Virus record (IMG/VR): IMGVR_UViG_3300021093_000062
Coordinates: 4,575-68,574 of that record
DNA length: 64,000 nucleotides
Source of the DNA: a virus
Reading direction: 5' to 3' (one strand)
Notes under the pieces: generated by a model
Databases searched by the model: none
Told to the model about the DNA's origin: nothing
Seen by the model: only the letters and a program-made list of their open reading frames with translations
In this document: positions 25,843 through 36,131 of the stretch, piece after piece
How the letters are laid out: every line of letters starts with the position of its first letter
How positions within the stretch are numbered: position 1 is the stretch's first letter
Made by a program: the position numbers and the translations under genes

Positions 25843-26095
25843 GCGCTTATCTCCAGAAGATCTAGAGGCACGAACCAGAGCGGTGGTTATTATGACACTT
25901 GCCGGAGTACTTCTATTCAGTGTATGCGCTTTACTATATTCATTAATCTTTGTGTATCAACCTGCGGAGCAGAGTCCAAATGATGCGGCATTTCTTAAAA
26001 TACTTGAGCCTCTCATGTTTAGCATTGGCGGCGCCCTTACTGGCTTGGCTGCTGGGCGTGCTATGTCTTCTGGTAAAAAAGAGGATAGCGAGTAA
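25799..26095 (+). CDS. Two-TM membrane protein (holin-like)
   Basis: Two hydrophobic helices and a charged C-terminus. Confidence 0.55.
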   Translation: MTQETNQRQLYQPRKRLSPEDLEARTRAVVIMTLAGVLLFSVCALLYSLIFVYQPAEQSPNDAAFLKILEPLMFSIGGALTGLAAGRAMSSGKKEDSE

Positions 26096-26337
26096 TGGAG
26101 CCGGTGTACATACCAATTGTGGTCGCTTTAATAGGTGGGCCCGTAATGTGGTTCCTCCATCGGTTTGATAAGCGAAACACCGAGCAGCACGGACAGAACA
26201 TGAAGGTCTTAGAGAGAATAGAGCATAAGCAAGACCGCATGGACGGTAAGGTAGACCGCCTTGATGAGAAGGTAGATCGGTTAGACGGGCGGGTAACTAA
26301 TCTAGAGGCAGTAAAAACACGAAAGAAAAGTGTATAA
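26095..26337 (+). CDS. Membrane-anchored coiled-coil protein
   Basis: N-terminal TM followed by 'VDRLDE' heptads. Confidence 0.65.
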   Translation: MEPVYIPIVVALIGGPVMWFLHRFDKRNTEQHGQNMKVLERIEHKQDRMDGKVDRLDEKVDRLDGRVTNLEAVKTRKKSV

Positions 26338-26357
26338 TTATTAACACGGAGTCCGAT

Positions 26358-26389
26358 TGGGGTGGGCTATCTGAGGATGGCCCACCCCA
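26358..26389. terminator. GC-rich hairpin (terminator-like)
   Basis: TGGGGTGGGCTATC-TGAG-GATGGCCCACCCCA. Confidence 0.55.
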
Positions 26390-26412
26390 CATTCTTAGGC
26401 TAAAATGGAACC

Positions 26413-27150
26413 ATGACTAATACAGTTAACTATTCCGTATCTAAGGGCCTGCCGTGGGAGCGCTTAATCATAGTGCGTGATCAACGTACTCATAGAATTA
26501 TTTTTCCTACATCAGCACGCGGCAGCATCAAGACAAGTACTACTGGCCGCAAAGAATTCAATGTAACCCTTACAGCAGAAGGTGGCATACTACTTGGATT
26601 AACCGAGGAAGACACCACAGGTCTACCGAACGGTAACTTAGAGTACGATGTTTTGGCAACTTATCCAAGAAAAGCTCCATATTCAGGAGCTAGCAAAGAG
26701 GTAACCAGACCTGTTGCTCGGGGTACAATTACTGTTACAGGGTTGGAGAATATTACTCCATTGGAGGATACGCAGGCTATGGAAATTAGGTTTAAACAGC
26801 GTGTGGACTTCCGTAGAACCTTTACCTGGAGGGACGGCGCAGGTGCAATTATTTCAGTGCAAGATGCCTTTATGCAGGCAAAAGACTCCTCTGGGACTAC
26901 TGTACTTGACCTTCGATGGTATTCGTCTACACCGTCCGAAGCAACAGTTATTGGGTTAACTGGTAACAGACGTGGTTACCTGGCTCCCTCAACTGGGGCA
27001 ACTCTAGAGATGCACGTATCTGATAAAAACACCATCTCAGCAGGTATCTACCCATTTGACATGTTCGTTCAAGACTCCGCAGGAGACTGGGACTGTTTGG
27101 CTTCCGGAACAGTCGTCGTTGAGGCTGCCGTATCAACGTACCCAACATGA
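26413..27150 (+). CDS. Virion structural protein with two BppU-like repeats
   Basis: Duplicated 'YD/FD....G.I/V.V' domains ahead of the fibre genes. Confidence 0.55.
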   Translation: MTNTVNYSVSKGLPWERLIIVRDQRTHRIIFPTSARGSIKTSTTGRKEFNVTLTAEGGILLGLTEEDTTGLPNGNLEYDVLATYPRKAPYSGASKEVTRPVARGTITVTGLENITPLEDTQAMEIRFKQRVDFRRTFTWRDGAGAIISVQDAFMQAKDSSGTTVLDLRWYSSTPSEATVIGLTGNRRGYLAPSTGATLEMHVSDKNTISAGIYPFDMFVQDSAGDWDCLASGTVVVEAAVSTYPT

Positions 27151-27473
27151 GCACCGTAGAGGTAACAAAGTCACCAAACAAGTTTGTTACCGTTACAAAA
27201 ACCCAAAACATATCGACAATCTCCCAACCGGTTGATCGAGTAGTTGAAATCCGTGATACAAACCAGATTGCTATTCCAATTTTTAATTACACCCATACAC
27301 AAACTGCTGCGTCAGCAACGTGGGTTATACAACACCTACTTAATTATCTCCCAGCGGTAACCACGGTTACAACTGAAAAACAAGTCGTATTTGGGGATGT
27401 GCGCTATACTGGGGATAAGCAAATCACGGTATACTTTTCAGTTCCTTTTAGTGGATACGCCTATCTGTCCTAG
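27147..27473 (+). CDS. Fibre-associated structural protein
   Basis: 'HTQ..ASATWVIQH.L...PAV...FSG.AYL' C-terminal domain. Confidence 0.6.
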   Translation: MSTVEVTKSPNKFVTVTKTQNISTISQPVDRVVEIRDTNQIAIPIFNYTHTQTAASATWVIQHLLNYLPAVTTVTTEKQVVFGDVRYTGDKQITVYFSVPFSGYAYLS

Positions 27474-27481
27474 GAGATCTC

Positions 27482-28957
27482 ATGGCGACTAAGTTTTTAA
27501 ATAACGTAGACCTCAGCCAGAACCAGCTGATTAACGCCAGGTTTGAAGTCATTGCCGGTCCTGGTGACCCATCAAGTGACAACTTCGAAGGTCGTCTGAT
27601 TTACAACAGTACTGAAGATGTAATCAAGGTATACACCGGCAGTGCCTGGCGTAAGATGATTCACAACGTTTCTTCGGGTGGATCGTACTCGGGTTCGCTA
27701 AGTATCACCGAAGCTAACGGTACTGTAACCATCACCCCCAACCTAGCTACGCAAAGCGTTGCTGGTGTTATGTCTGCAAGTGACAAAACCAAGCTAGATG
27801 GTATTGAGGCTGGGGCAACCGCGGACCTCACCGCTTCAGAGATCCTAACCCTGCTACTTACAGTTGACGGAGCCAGCAGCGCTCTTGACGCCGATCTTCT
27901 TGATGGTAGCCACGGATCACATTATCTAGATCGTACCAATCACACTGGAACTCAAGCGGCTTCCACTATTTCTGACCTGGCTACCACGGTCAAGGCGTAC
28001 CGTCTTGATGAGTTTGCAGCACCAACAAGCCCTGTTGCCTTTAACAACCAAAAGATTACTGGACTTGGTACACCAGCTGCCGACACTGATGCTGCTACTA
28101 AGGGGTATGTAGACGCAGCCCGATCTGGTTTAGACGTTAAGCAATCGGTTCGCGCGGCGACTACAGCATCTGTAACTCTGGCCAGTGATCTTGAGGCTGG
28201 GGATACCCTTGATGGTATAACTCTTGTTGCTGGTGACCGTATTTTGGTAAAAGACCAGAGTACGGCTTCAGAAAACGGCATCTACACGGTTAACGCTTCG
28301 GGTGCTCCAACTAGAGCGACCGATGCGGATAGCGATGCGGAAGTTACGGCTGGCATGTTCACCTTCGTTGAAGAAGGTACCGTAAACGCAGACTCCGGCT
28401 GGGTACTCACTACTAACAACCCAATTACTGTCGGTTCAACCAACTTGGCGTTTGCCCAGTTCTCTGGTGCTGGCCAGGTAGTTGCTGGTGACGGACTTAC
28501 TAAGTCCGGTAACACACTAAACGTAGGTGCTGGAACTGGTATCACGGTAAACGCCGACACCGTTCAAATTTCAGCAGCTTATTCTGGTCAAGCAACCATT
28601 ACAACCCTAGGAACCATCACCTCTGGTACATGGAATGGTACTGACATTGCCGTAGCTGACGGTGGTACTGGGGCTTCGACTGCAGCTGATGCACGTTTTA
28701 ACCTTGGAGCAACAGTTTCAAGTGCTAGCGTTTCTCTAGCTCAAAAGTACACCACTACAATTGGTAATACCAACGCTACTGATTTTACGGTTACCCATAG
28801 CCTAAACACCCGAGATGTAGCCGTAACTGTCAGGGAAGTTGCGTCGCCTTACGCGGTAGTTTACGCTGACGTAGAATGCGCGACTGTAAACGCCATTACG
28901 GTTAAGTTTGCAAGCGCCCTAACTAGCACTCAATACCAGGTAACAGTCGTAGGCTAA
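27482..28957 (+). CDS. Fibre / head-decoration-like structural protein
   Basis: 'DAATKGYVD..GLDVKQSVRAATT', 'GDRILVKDQ..ASENGIY', 'R.NHTGTQ' fibre motifs. Confidence 0.75.
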   Translation: MATKFLNNVDLSQNQLINARFEVIAGPGDPSSDNFEGRLIYNSTEDVIKVYTGSAWRKMIHNVSSGGSYSGSLSITEANGTVTITPNLATQSVAGVMSASDKTKLDGIEAGATADLTASEILTLLLTVDGASSALDADLLDGSHGSHYLDRTNHTGTQAASTISDLATTVKAYRLDEFAAPTSPVAFNNQKITGLGTPAADTDAATKGYVDAARSGLDVKQSVRAATTASVTLASDLEAGDTLDGITLVAGDRILVKDQSTASENGIYTVNASGAPTRATDADSDAEVTAGMFTFVEEGTVNADSGWVLTTNNPITVGSTNLAFAQFSGAGQVVAGDGLTKSGNTLNVGAGTGITVNADTVQISAAYSGQATITTLGTITSGTWNGTDIAVADGGTGASTAADARFNLGATVSSASVSLAQKYTTTIGNTNATDFTVTHSLNTRDVAVTVREVASPYAVVYADVECATVNAITVKFASALTSTQYQVTVVG

Positions 28958-28977
28958 TACACAAAAGGCAACAACAG

Positions 28978-30045
28978 ATGGCTAACTTTCTAAAGTCCCT
29001 CTTTGTTAAGGGGGTTGAAATTGATACAGCTGGTGCAGCCAATGGTAACGTTCTTTCGTATAACGGTACTAAGTTTGTTCCTGCTACACCAGGTTCAGGA
29101 TCGTTAGCCCTCGATGACCTTTCTGACGTAACGGTATCTTCTCCCAACTCTGGTGAGTTTCTTAAGTACAATGGTTCTGCATGGGTAAATGACCCCATTG
29201 ACCTTGGAACCGACACAACAGGTAACTACATGTCTGGGGTGTCAGCAGGTACAGGCATTAGTGTGACCCATACCCCCGGTGAAGGCTCAACTGCTACTAT
29301 TGCTGTTGATTCTACTTACACGGGGTTTGTTCCTACTGGAACTGTGGTGCAGTACGCAGGCCTTTCTGCACCTTCTGGATGGTTGATTTGTGATGGCACG
29401 GCCGTATCTAGAACAACATATTCAAACCTGTGGATCGCATTGGGGGAAACCTCTTCCGTGTGGGGGCAAGGAAACGGGAGCACGACCTTCAATCTGCCCG
29501 ACATGACCTCCAGACTCCCATATGGTGGGAACTCAGGAGCAGTATCACCAACTGTCACGACAATAACAGCCAACACTGATCATAGTCACAATGCTAATTC
29601 TGGGTGGGAGAATTCTAACCACTCTCATACGATTAGCGCGAGTTCAGGCAACAACTCCACTAACCACAACCACTCAATCACATCTAACGCGGGCAACGTA
29701 AACGCTGATCATTCCCACAACTGGGGTAACAACACGGGTAATGTGAGTAACGGCCATACTCACAACTACACTGGTAATGCTGGCGCTACTAAAACTACAG
29801 CTGACATCAACCAAAACCACTACCACTACGTCGGTGGAACCACGTCAGGGATTAGTACTAACCACCAACATCCAATTACCTCAAACGCTGGTAACCAGTC
29901 GCAGAACCACAATCACATTATTGGTGCCACGGCTGGTATCCAGACGGGGAACCACGACCATACGATTACTATAGCATCGACAAGTTCAATGACACATTCA
30001 CACACCTTGACGGCAACTCAATTCATCTACATCATTAAGGCATGA
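28978..30045 (+). CDS. Tail fibre with collar domain and HxH-rich tip
   Basis: 'P.GWLICDG.AVSRTTY..L...TTFNLPD' collar domain; ten HxH motifs; 'FIYIIKA' end. Confidence 0.85.
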   Translation: MANFLKSLFVKGVEIDTAGAANGNVLSYNGTKFVPATPGSGSLALDDLSDVTVSSPNSGEFLKYNGSAWVNDPIDLGTDTTGNYMSGVSAGTGISVTHTPGEGSTATIAVDSTYTGFVPTGTVVQYAGLSAPSGWLICDGTAVSRTTYSNLWIALGETSSVWGQGNGSTTFNLPDMTSRLPYGGNSGAVSPTVTTITANTDHSHNANSGWENSNHSHTISASSGNNSTNHNHSITSNAGNVNADHSHNWGNNTGNVSNGHTHNYTGNAGATKTTADINQNHYHYVGGTTSGISTNHQHPITSNAGNQSQNHNHIIGATAGIQTGNHDHTITIASTSSMTHSHTLTATQFIYIIKA

Positions 30046-30755
30046 TTATGGACAGAAAAGTAGAACGGCTTAGAGATCATCCAGTACATCGAGGAGGAGT
30101 AGGCTTCTATCACAAAGACTTATCTACAACGTCGACTGGATTCTTTGCTTTATCTGGAGCAAGACTAAACCCAGAGGTAGCTGTTGACCCAAGTGGTGTA
30201 TGGGTTCGTTGCGATAGTGCATCGTATGGTCCGTACGGCTATCATCGTTGGGATGCGGAGTTAGAAATCTGCAACTGTGGACGTACAGATGAACCAGATC
30301 CATCGTTTGGACATCACGAGATCGTACTAGCGAATATCAACTTCGTATTTTCTGTGATAAGTGCAGTCCCCCACGGTTATGTACTCTACTTCGAACTAAA
30401 GAACGAGGTAGATGAAGAAACGTGTATTAGGCAGAGACATTCAGATTGTGCTAGATCTTTGCAAGAAATCTTTAGACTAATGCTTGAGTGGGACTACGCT
30501 TATACGGAGCTAAACAACAGAGAAGAAGTAGCAACATCTTGTCACGGGATCGTCGGGTACCTAGACATCCCAGAAGATATTAAGTCATGGCTATTGTCTG
30601 CTCTACCAGACGAGAAAGTGTCTAAGTTCATCAAGGGAGATCCTAACGCAACAACTCCAGCGGATAGAACGGAGGTACCTGATCTAGCTTCGGAGTTTAA
30701 CGAGTGGGTGTGTGAGAAGATTCTACAGTCTAAGCCAATTGGAGGGTACAAGTGA
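30042..30755 (+). CDS. Hypothetical protein
   Basis: Coupled to the fibre gene. Confidence 0.65.
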   Translation: MIMDRKVERLRDHPVHRGGVGFYHKDLSTTSTGFFALSGARLNPEVAVDPSGVWVRCDSASYGPYGYHRWDAELEICNCGRTDEPDPSFGHHEIVLANINFVFSVISAVPHGYVLYFELKNEVDEETCIRQRHSDCARSLQEIFRLMLEWDYAYTELNNREEVATSCHGIVGYLDIPEDIKSWLLSALPDEKVSKFIKGDPNATTPADRTEVPDLASEFNEWVCEKILQSKPIGGYK

Positions 30756-31456
30756 TCAAGTTTGAGTGGCCAGCAGGTCGTAGTGGTGGGATTCTAGTAG
30801 CAGACAATGCTCTAGACGAACAAGTATGTCGTGAGTTTCTTAATTACGCTTCTTCCGTGATTGACGTTATCGGACACCAAGGTAAGACAATAAGCGGTGT
30901 TAGACTAGATCACAAGAACTCAACAGACATGGTGATTTCACACATTTCGATCCAAGAAGAGCATCAAATGACTGTACAGCCTATGCTACGGATGTTTGAA
31001 GGTGAAGTGATAAGAGCTATTGCAACATGTGTATCTCATTACAGACATCAGATCAGAGCTCTATGGGAGTGGACAGATATCGTCGATTCAGGTTTTCAAG
31101 TGCAACGATATAAGACGTGTGATGGGTACTATCGAGAACACTATGATTCAGCGCCATGGGTCTCACAGACAGCTAATAGAGTTCTATCTGCAGTCGTCTA
31201 TCTGAACACTGTCGAGTCTGGGGGAGAGACAGAGTTTCCTCTACACAAGGTTGCAGTGAATCCGGTAGTCGGAAGAATATGTCTATTCCCTTCAAACTAT
31301 ACTCATCCGCATATGGGTAACCCGACATATTCGCAGGACAAGTGGATCATTAGTACATTCTTAAGTAGTCATCCATACGGTACACCTACGAACTTTCAGA
31401 CGATAGAAGATCTACATTCGACTCATCACCACGATCACAGTCATATTGGAATCTAA
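30752..31456 (+). CDS. 2OG-Fe(II) oxygenase (prolyl-4-hydroxylase-like)
   Basis: HYD...'YLN.VE.GGETEF'...'FPS.YTH.H.G'...'KW'. Confidence 0.88.
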   Translation: MIKFEWPAGRSGGILVADNALDEQVCREFLNYASSVIDVIGHQGKTISGVRLDHKNSTDMVISHISIQEEHQMTVQPMLRMFEGEVIRAIATCVSHYRHQIRALWEWTDIVDSGFQVQRYKTCDGYYREHYDSAPWVSQTANRVLSAVVYLNTVESGGETEFPLHKVAVNPVVGRICLFPSNYTHPHMGNPTYSQDKWIISTFLSSHPYGTPTNFQTIEDLHSTHHHDHSHIGI

Positions 31457-31474
31457 CTAAACAAGGAGAATAAA

Positions 31475-31630
31475 ATGTCCGATGTACAGATTGACGTTAA
31501 CACCGTAATCGAGTCACTAACAACGCAGATTGCACAGCAGGCTCAGCGTATAGCCATCTTAGAGGCTACAATTAATGCTATCCAAAAGGCCAAGCAGGAG
31601 GTCCCCGATGTTTCTGACAAAGCAAAATAA
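31475..31630 (+). CDS. Small coiled-coil protein (not in ORF track)
   Basis: AAGGAG RBS; MSDVQIDVNTVIESLTTQIAQQAQRIAILEA... Confidence 0.65.
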   Translation: MSDVQIDVNTVIESLTTQIAQQAQRIAILEATINAIQKAKQEVPDVSDKAK

Positions 31631-31799
31631 AGCCCTAATTGCATCCTACGCTCGTAGCGTTCTTGGCGCAGGTGTAGCTACTTACACCGCTACCCAGGAC
31701 TGGAAGCTAACCCTAAACGCTCTTTGGGCCGCTGCCATTCCAGTTGTAATGCGCTTCATCAACCCCAAGGACGCTGCCTTTGGCAAGGGGGCCGAGTGA
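31608..31799 (+). CDS. Putative holin
   Basis: Two short TMs with 'ASYARS..A...AA.IPV.MR..NP.D.AFG'; directly upstream of the endolysin. Confidence 0.7.
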   Translation: MFLTKQNKALIASYARSVLGAGVATYTATQDWKLTLNALWAAAIPVVMRFINPKDAAFGKGAE

Positions 31800-32611
31800 T
31801 TTACCCCTACATTAAACTGGTACTTCCCTCAGCCCTAGCAAACCACAAGAACGGCCAGCTCCCCCAAGAGCTGCTTGCCAAGGTGAAAACTGGTGGGTTG
31901 ATGTACAAACCTGCCGCTGAGCAGTTCAATAAGATGTACGATGCAGCTCTTGCTGCCGGTCACAAGCTCAAGAACGTCGGTGACTACCGCTCGTTCCAGG
32001 GTCAGCTGAACATGTTCATGGACCGGTACACCACTACTGACCAGGGACGTAAGCCCCAGGTTACCCGCCAGTACGAAGGCAAGACCTGGTACCTCAAGCC
32101 CGGTAAGGCTCCCAGCGCTGCACCAGATCCCACTGGTAAGAAGGGTTCCAACCACGGTTGGGGCCTTGCCATTGACCTTGGTTACGAGGCTGGTGGCAAG
32201 CTTCAGTCCATGGGCGGAGCTTGCTTTGAGTGGATGTGCGCCAACGCCCCTAAGTGGGGTTTCTACCTTCAGACTGGTGACAAGAACTCCAAGGAGTTTG
32301 AGTCCTGGCACTGGCAGTACTGTCTTGGTGATAAGACCCCAGACGGCTCTGTAGCAGCTCCAGTAGAGGCTCTAGTACCTTCTGGTGGTTCTCCAGAGGC
32401 GGGCCCCATGAAGTTTGACTATCCTGGCACCCCAATCAAACGTGGCTCTAAGGGCCCAGCTGCCGCTCTTGTACAGGCCATTATTGGTGCTACCCCTGAC
32501 GGGGACTTTGGCCCCCGCTCAGAACAGTCTCTAAAGGCATGGCAGACCGCTAACGGCCTAAAAGTAGACGGTGTAGTCGGGCCTGTAACATGGAAGAAGA
32601 TGTTTGGCTGA
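31796..32611 (+). CDS. Endolysin: M15 (VanY-like) peptidase with peptidoglycan-binding domain
   Basis: 'YRS...Q', 'SNHGWGLAID', 'ESWHWQY', 'DGVVGPVTW'. Confidence 0.9.
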   Translation: MIYPYIKLVLPSALANHKNGQLPQELLAKVKTGGLMYKPAAEQFNKMYDAALAAGHKLKNVGDYRSFQGQLNMFMDRYTTTDQGRKPQVTRQYEGKTWYLKPGKAPSAAPDPTGKKGSNHGWGLAIDLGYEAGGKLQSMGGACFEWMCANAPKWGFYLQTGDKNSKEFESWHWQYCLGDKTPDGSVAAPVEALVPSGGSPEAGPMKFDYPGTPIKRGSKGPAAALVQAIIGATPDGDFGPRSEQSLKAWQTANGLKVDGVVGPVTWKKMFG

Positions 32612-32623
32612 TAGGAGCCTCAA

Positions 32624-33568
32624 ATGGCAGTTAGAATACAAATGCGGCGTGGTACCACTCAACAGTGGGCTGCAGCATCCCCCGAATACGCTACATTGGC
32701 AGCTGGTGAGATTGGTGTAGACACTACATCAAAACAGCTAAAAGTTGGAGATGGCTCCACTCCATGGGCGTCTTTGCCTTTTTTTAACTCAGGAACAATA
32801 ACTGGGGTAACAGCTGGCACTGGGTTAACGGGTGGTGGGACTTCAGGAGTCGTCACACTCACTGTAGCTACGTCTGGGTCTACTGGTTTAATTACCAGAG
32901 GTACGTTAACAACCAAGGGTGATGTACTGGTTGCCTCAGCTGCAAACACACCAACAAGACAACCAGTTGGTACAAATGGTCAAATGCTAGCAGCTGATTC
33001 GACTCAAACTACTGGTTTAACATGGGTTAACGGGGCAACACTTGCTGGATTGGAAACACTAACAAACAAAACTTTATCAAGCCCCACTATTTCCGGTGGC
33101 ACAGTAGCCGCTGCTACGGTTACAAACCCAACTGTTACTACTGGTACATTTACATCGCCAGCCTTAGTAACACCAGTATTTACTTCTCCAATAGAATCAT
33201 GGAATGTTGTTGGCTCAGCACCATCGTCTACCCAAAACATAGACATTAAAACTTCATCTGCGTGGGTGTATACCAGCAATGCAACAGTAAACACTGTTCT
33301 TAATATACGTGGAGATGGTTCGACAACTCTCAACTCTATGCTTTCAAATAACCAAAGCATCACAGTTGCGGTAGGTGTAACAAACGGTTCTACACCGTAC
33401 TACCCAACATCGGTAACTATTGATGGTTCATCAGTTACACCTAAATGGCAAGGCGGTACAGCACCTACAGCTGGTAGCGCAAACAGCGTAGATATTTACG
33501 CTTACACTATCATTAAAACCGCTACTAATACATACACGGTGTTTGCCTCACAGACTAAGTTTGCGTAA
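32624..33568 (+). CDS. Tail fibre / structural protein with Mtd-N-like repeat
   Basis: 'IQMRRGT..W....LAAGEIG.....LKVGDG..PW..L'. Confidence 0.75.
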   Translation: MAVRIQMRRGTTQQWAAASPEYATLAAGEIGVDTTSKQLKVGDGSTPWASLPFFNSGTITGVTAGTGLTGGGTSGVVTLTVATSGSTGLITRGTLTTKGDVLVASAANTPTRQPVGTNGQMLAADSTQTTGLTWVNGATLAGLETLTNKTLSSPTISGGTVAAATVTNPTVTTGTFTSPALVTPVFTSPIESWNVVGSAPSSTQNIDIKTSSAWVYTSNATVNTVLNIRGDGSTTLNSMLSNNQSITVAVGVTNGSTPYYPTSVTIDGSSVTPKWQGGTAPTAGSANSVDIYAYTIIKTATNTYTVFASQTKFA

Positions 33569-35064
33569 TGCCCCTAGTATCCACCTTTTCTTCTGGGTCT
33601 TCACGATCCCTAGGTCTTGGCAGTGGTATAAGACCGGGAGCCCCAACAATAACTGGTATTGCATATTTGAATGGTACTACCGGTGGACGATTAGAGGTGT
33701 CGTTTACTGCTGGTACGGTTGGTACAACAGCCACAACTGACTATCAATACTCAATAGACAACGGTTCAACGTGGGTAACTAGATCTGGCACTGCATCTCC
33801 AGTAGTTATTACTGGATTAACAAACGGTACAAGCTATACAATAAGGCTACGTGCTGTTAACTCAATTGGAGCCTCCGAACAATCCAACTCTACGATTGGT
33901 CGTCCAGTTGCCCTACCCGGTGCACCGACAGTTACTGTTACAGAACATGCTACTGATAATGGTAAACTAAGCGTTGCTGTCACGGCAGGAACTGCTGGTA
34001 CTGACAACCTAAACGGTAGCACCCCGTATGAGTACAGTTTGAACTCTGGAGGTACTTGGACTGGTGTGTCATCTGCTAACTTTACGATAAGTGGGTTAGC
34101 TGATGAAGCTTCTTATACTGTAACTGTGCGAGCGATTACAACAAATAATGACAGATCTACAAATGGTAGTGGTACCGGATCAACAAAGGCAATTGCCCCA
34201 GTTGTCCCACAACCGTCAGTTTCTATTAATGGTACAACTGTCACAGTTTCATGGGGTGCAATAACAGACGCTCATAGTGGTGTTGCATCAGCAACTCTTC
34301 ATGAACTATTTTTTGGAAGTTCCAGCGGATTTGTTTCCGGATCAAGCTATGTAATACCGTCTAATAAGTGGTCTGGTTCTTCAACTACATTCACAACACC
34401 CTCCAATAGACGCGCTACACCAGGAGGAGAATCTTGGCTAGTTGTGTATTATATAGTTGCTACTGACAATGTAGGTAAGTCAGGTCAAGGACCAGGTTCT
34501 GTTACTAGATGGACTAAACCTCTCGGTACTTTCTACGTAAAAGCAAAAGGGTGGGGAACCTGGGGGAGCAGCAGTGGTTGGAGAAACGATCCTCAAAGTC
34601 TCGTTTCTGTATTATCTGGGTGGCTCAACACTACCTATGGATATCAGTACGGCTATTGGTTCTATGGTTCAAGCGTTAGTGATGTAACAAAGGGATTTAT
34701 CCCTGATAGTGCAACTTTTCGCACACTTAGAGGAACAGCGGATGGTTGTTCAGGAGCTGTTGTTGCTTTTGCAACACACAACTATGCGTCACCACCTGCT
34801 GGCGCACCTGTCAACGACACAGCCTATTGGACAACTGGAACATCACAAACGCAAGGCAACGCGAGAGAGTTTACACTAACCTCGGGAACACGTGGTCGCA
34901 TGGCAGTTGATAGTGACTTTGGAATGTTTATGTATCCTGGAAATGCTGATGGTAGTATAAACGGAACAGCTGCTACTACCTGTTCCAATGGAACTACTTA
35001 TCGTGTTTTTAATTCACCTTGGGGTGATGCAGACTCTGGCAGACTAACAATAGTATTCAACTAA
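33568..35064 (+). CDS. Fibronectin type III-domain structural protein
   Basis: 'YQYSIDNG.TW...ITGLTNGTSYTIRLRAVN' repeats. Confidence 0.8.
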   Translation: MPLVSTFSSGSSRSLGLGSGIRPGAPTITGIAYLNGTTGGRLEVSFTAGTVGTTATTDYQYSIDNGSTWVTRSGTASPVVITGLTNGTSYTIRLRAVNSIGASEQSNSTIGRPVALPGAPTVTVTEHATDNGKLSVAVTAGTAGTDNLNGSTPYEYSLNSGGTWTGVSSANFTISGLADEASYTVTVRAITTNNDRSTNGSGTGSTKAIAPVVPQPSVSINGTTVTVSWGAITDAHSGVASATLHELFFGSSSGFVSGSSYVIPSNKWSGSSTTFTTPSNRRATPGGESWLVVYYIVATDNVGKSGQGPGSVTRWTKPLGTFYVKAKGWGTWGSSSGWRNDPQSLVSVLSGWLNTTYGYQYGYWFYGSSVSDVTKGFIPDSATFRTLRGTADGCSGAVVAFATHNYASPPAGAPVNDTAYWTTGTSQTQGNAREFTLTSGTRGRMAVDSDFGMFMYPGNADGSINGTAATTCSNGTTYRVFNSPWGDADSGRLTIVFN

Positions 35065-35074
35065 GGAGTATCTC

Positions 35075-35800
35075 ATGGCTAATGAGCCCATGGACCCGGA
35101 GACAAAACAGAGACTTAATGCTTTAAAGAAAAGAAAAAGACTAGGTACTAGTCTAGAAGAGATTCTTGAGAAAAGTGAGGAGTCTGAAGTCCTTGCTAAA
35201 ACGTTGTTTACAGACACAAGCTTAGACGACTTAGACGAATCAAACACAGACGAATCAAACACAAGCTTCGACGACTTAGACGAATTATGCAAAGAATTAG
35301 CTAGTAGAATGACTAGAGAACTTGATGAAATAGTTGAGTTTGGCCAAGCTGAGGAGTACGCTGAAGGTACGTCTTTAATGAGCACAAGAGTTAAAAGTAT
35401 GAAGTTTATGGCTATGTTTGAAAAAGTCACATGTGACCAAATTAAAACTATTAACGATTGGGAAACACTTGTAAAAGATGAAGACATACCCAGGATTGCT
35501 CAAGAACTAGGGTTAGAGGGAACATTAGAAGTTGTATTTTGGAAGTGGGGGTCAGTTTATCATTACGGACCAGGTGAAAACTTTCCTTATACAGAATTTT
35601 ATCTATGTAAATCAGGGCGAGTAGCTTCAATAGGTCGTAAGATACTGGATTGGGAAAGAGACTACGGCTTTTCCCGAATAGATGCAGGTTCACCACCGGG
35701 TGATGTAGCAGAGCGTAAAAAGACAAAACAAGCTAGAGAAGAGTTTATTGATATGGCATCACAATATGGTGTAAACGTTCGTTCAAGAAAGAGAAGTTAG
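35075..35800 (+). CDS. Hypothetical protein with short internal duplication
   Basis: AAGGAG RBS; repeated 'TS(L/F)DDLDE' and 'DESNT'. Confidence 0.65.
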   Translation: MANEPMDPETKQRLNALKKRKRLGTSLEEILEKSEESEVLAKTLFTDTSLDDLDESNTDESNTSFDDLDELCKELASRMTRELDEIVEFGQAEEYAEGTSLMSTRVKSMKFMAMFEKVTCDQIKTINDWETLVKDEDIPRIAQELGLEGTLEVVFWKWGSVYHYGPGENFPYTEFYLCKSGRVASIGRKILDWERDYGFSRIDAGSPPGDVAERKKTKQAREEFIDMASQYGVNVRSRKRS

Positions 35801-35804
35801 CAAG

Positions 35805-36131
35805 TTGATAATATTTACTATTCTAATAATAATCTTGTCTTTATACATGCTGCTTAGAGACACCTTAAATAGACTGCAGTCTATAGGCCCTGTTTATTGG
35901 ATAACACGAGATAACACACCTAAAAAAACACCATTGTTGTCTATTGGATTTATGCGGCAGACTAACTTTCCTTGGAAAGTAGGTAAGGGTTTACAGGTAA
36001 GTATTGGTAGGTATTCGTTTCAATTTGGTATTTGTAAAAAATCAAACCATTATGATGAAACTGAGGGTATCCTAGGTGCCCTAGGTGGTAGGTACTTAGA
36101 TACTTCAACAAGTGACATACGGGAGTGGTGA
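35805..36131 (+). CDS. Membrane-anchored hypothetical protein
   Basis: N-terminal TM helix. Confidence 0.55.
   Translation: MIIFTILIIILSLYMLLRDTLNRLQSIGPVYWITRDNTPKKTPLLSIGFMRQTNFPWKVGKGLQVSIGRYSFQFGICKKSNHYDETEGILGALGGRYLDTSTSDIREW

Noticed and set aside
32624-33568. Diversity-generating retroelement target
   Set aside because: Only the Mtd-N-like repeat is present; no reverse transcriptase or TR/VR repeat pair was seen in the window
35212-35287. Short repeats (GACGACTTAGACGAAT, GACGAATCAAACACA) as a regulatory array
   Set aside because: In-frame micro-duplication within an acidic linker of a coding gene
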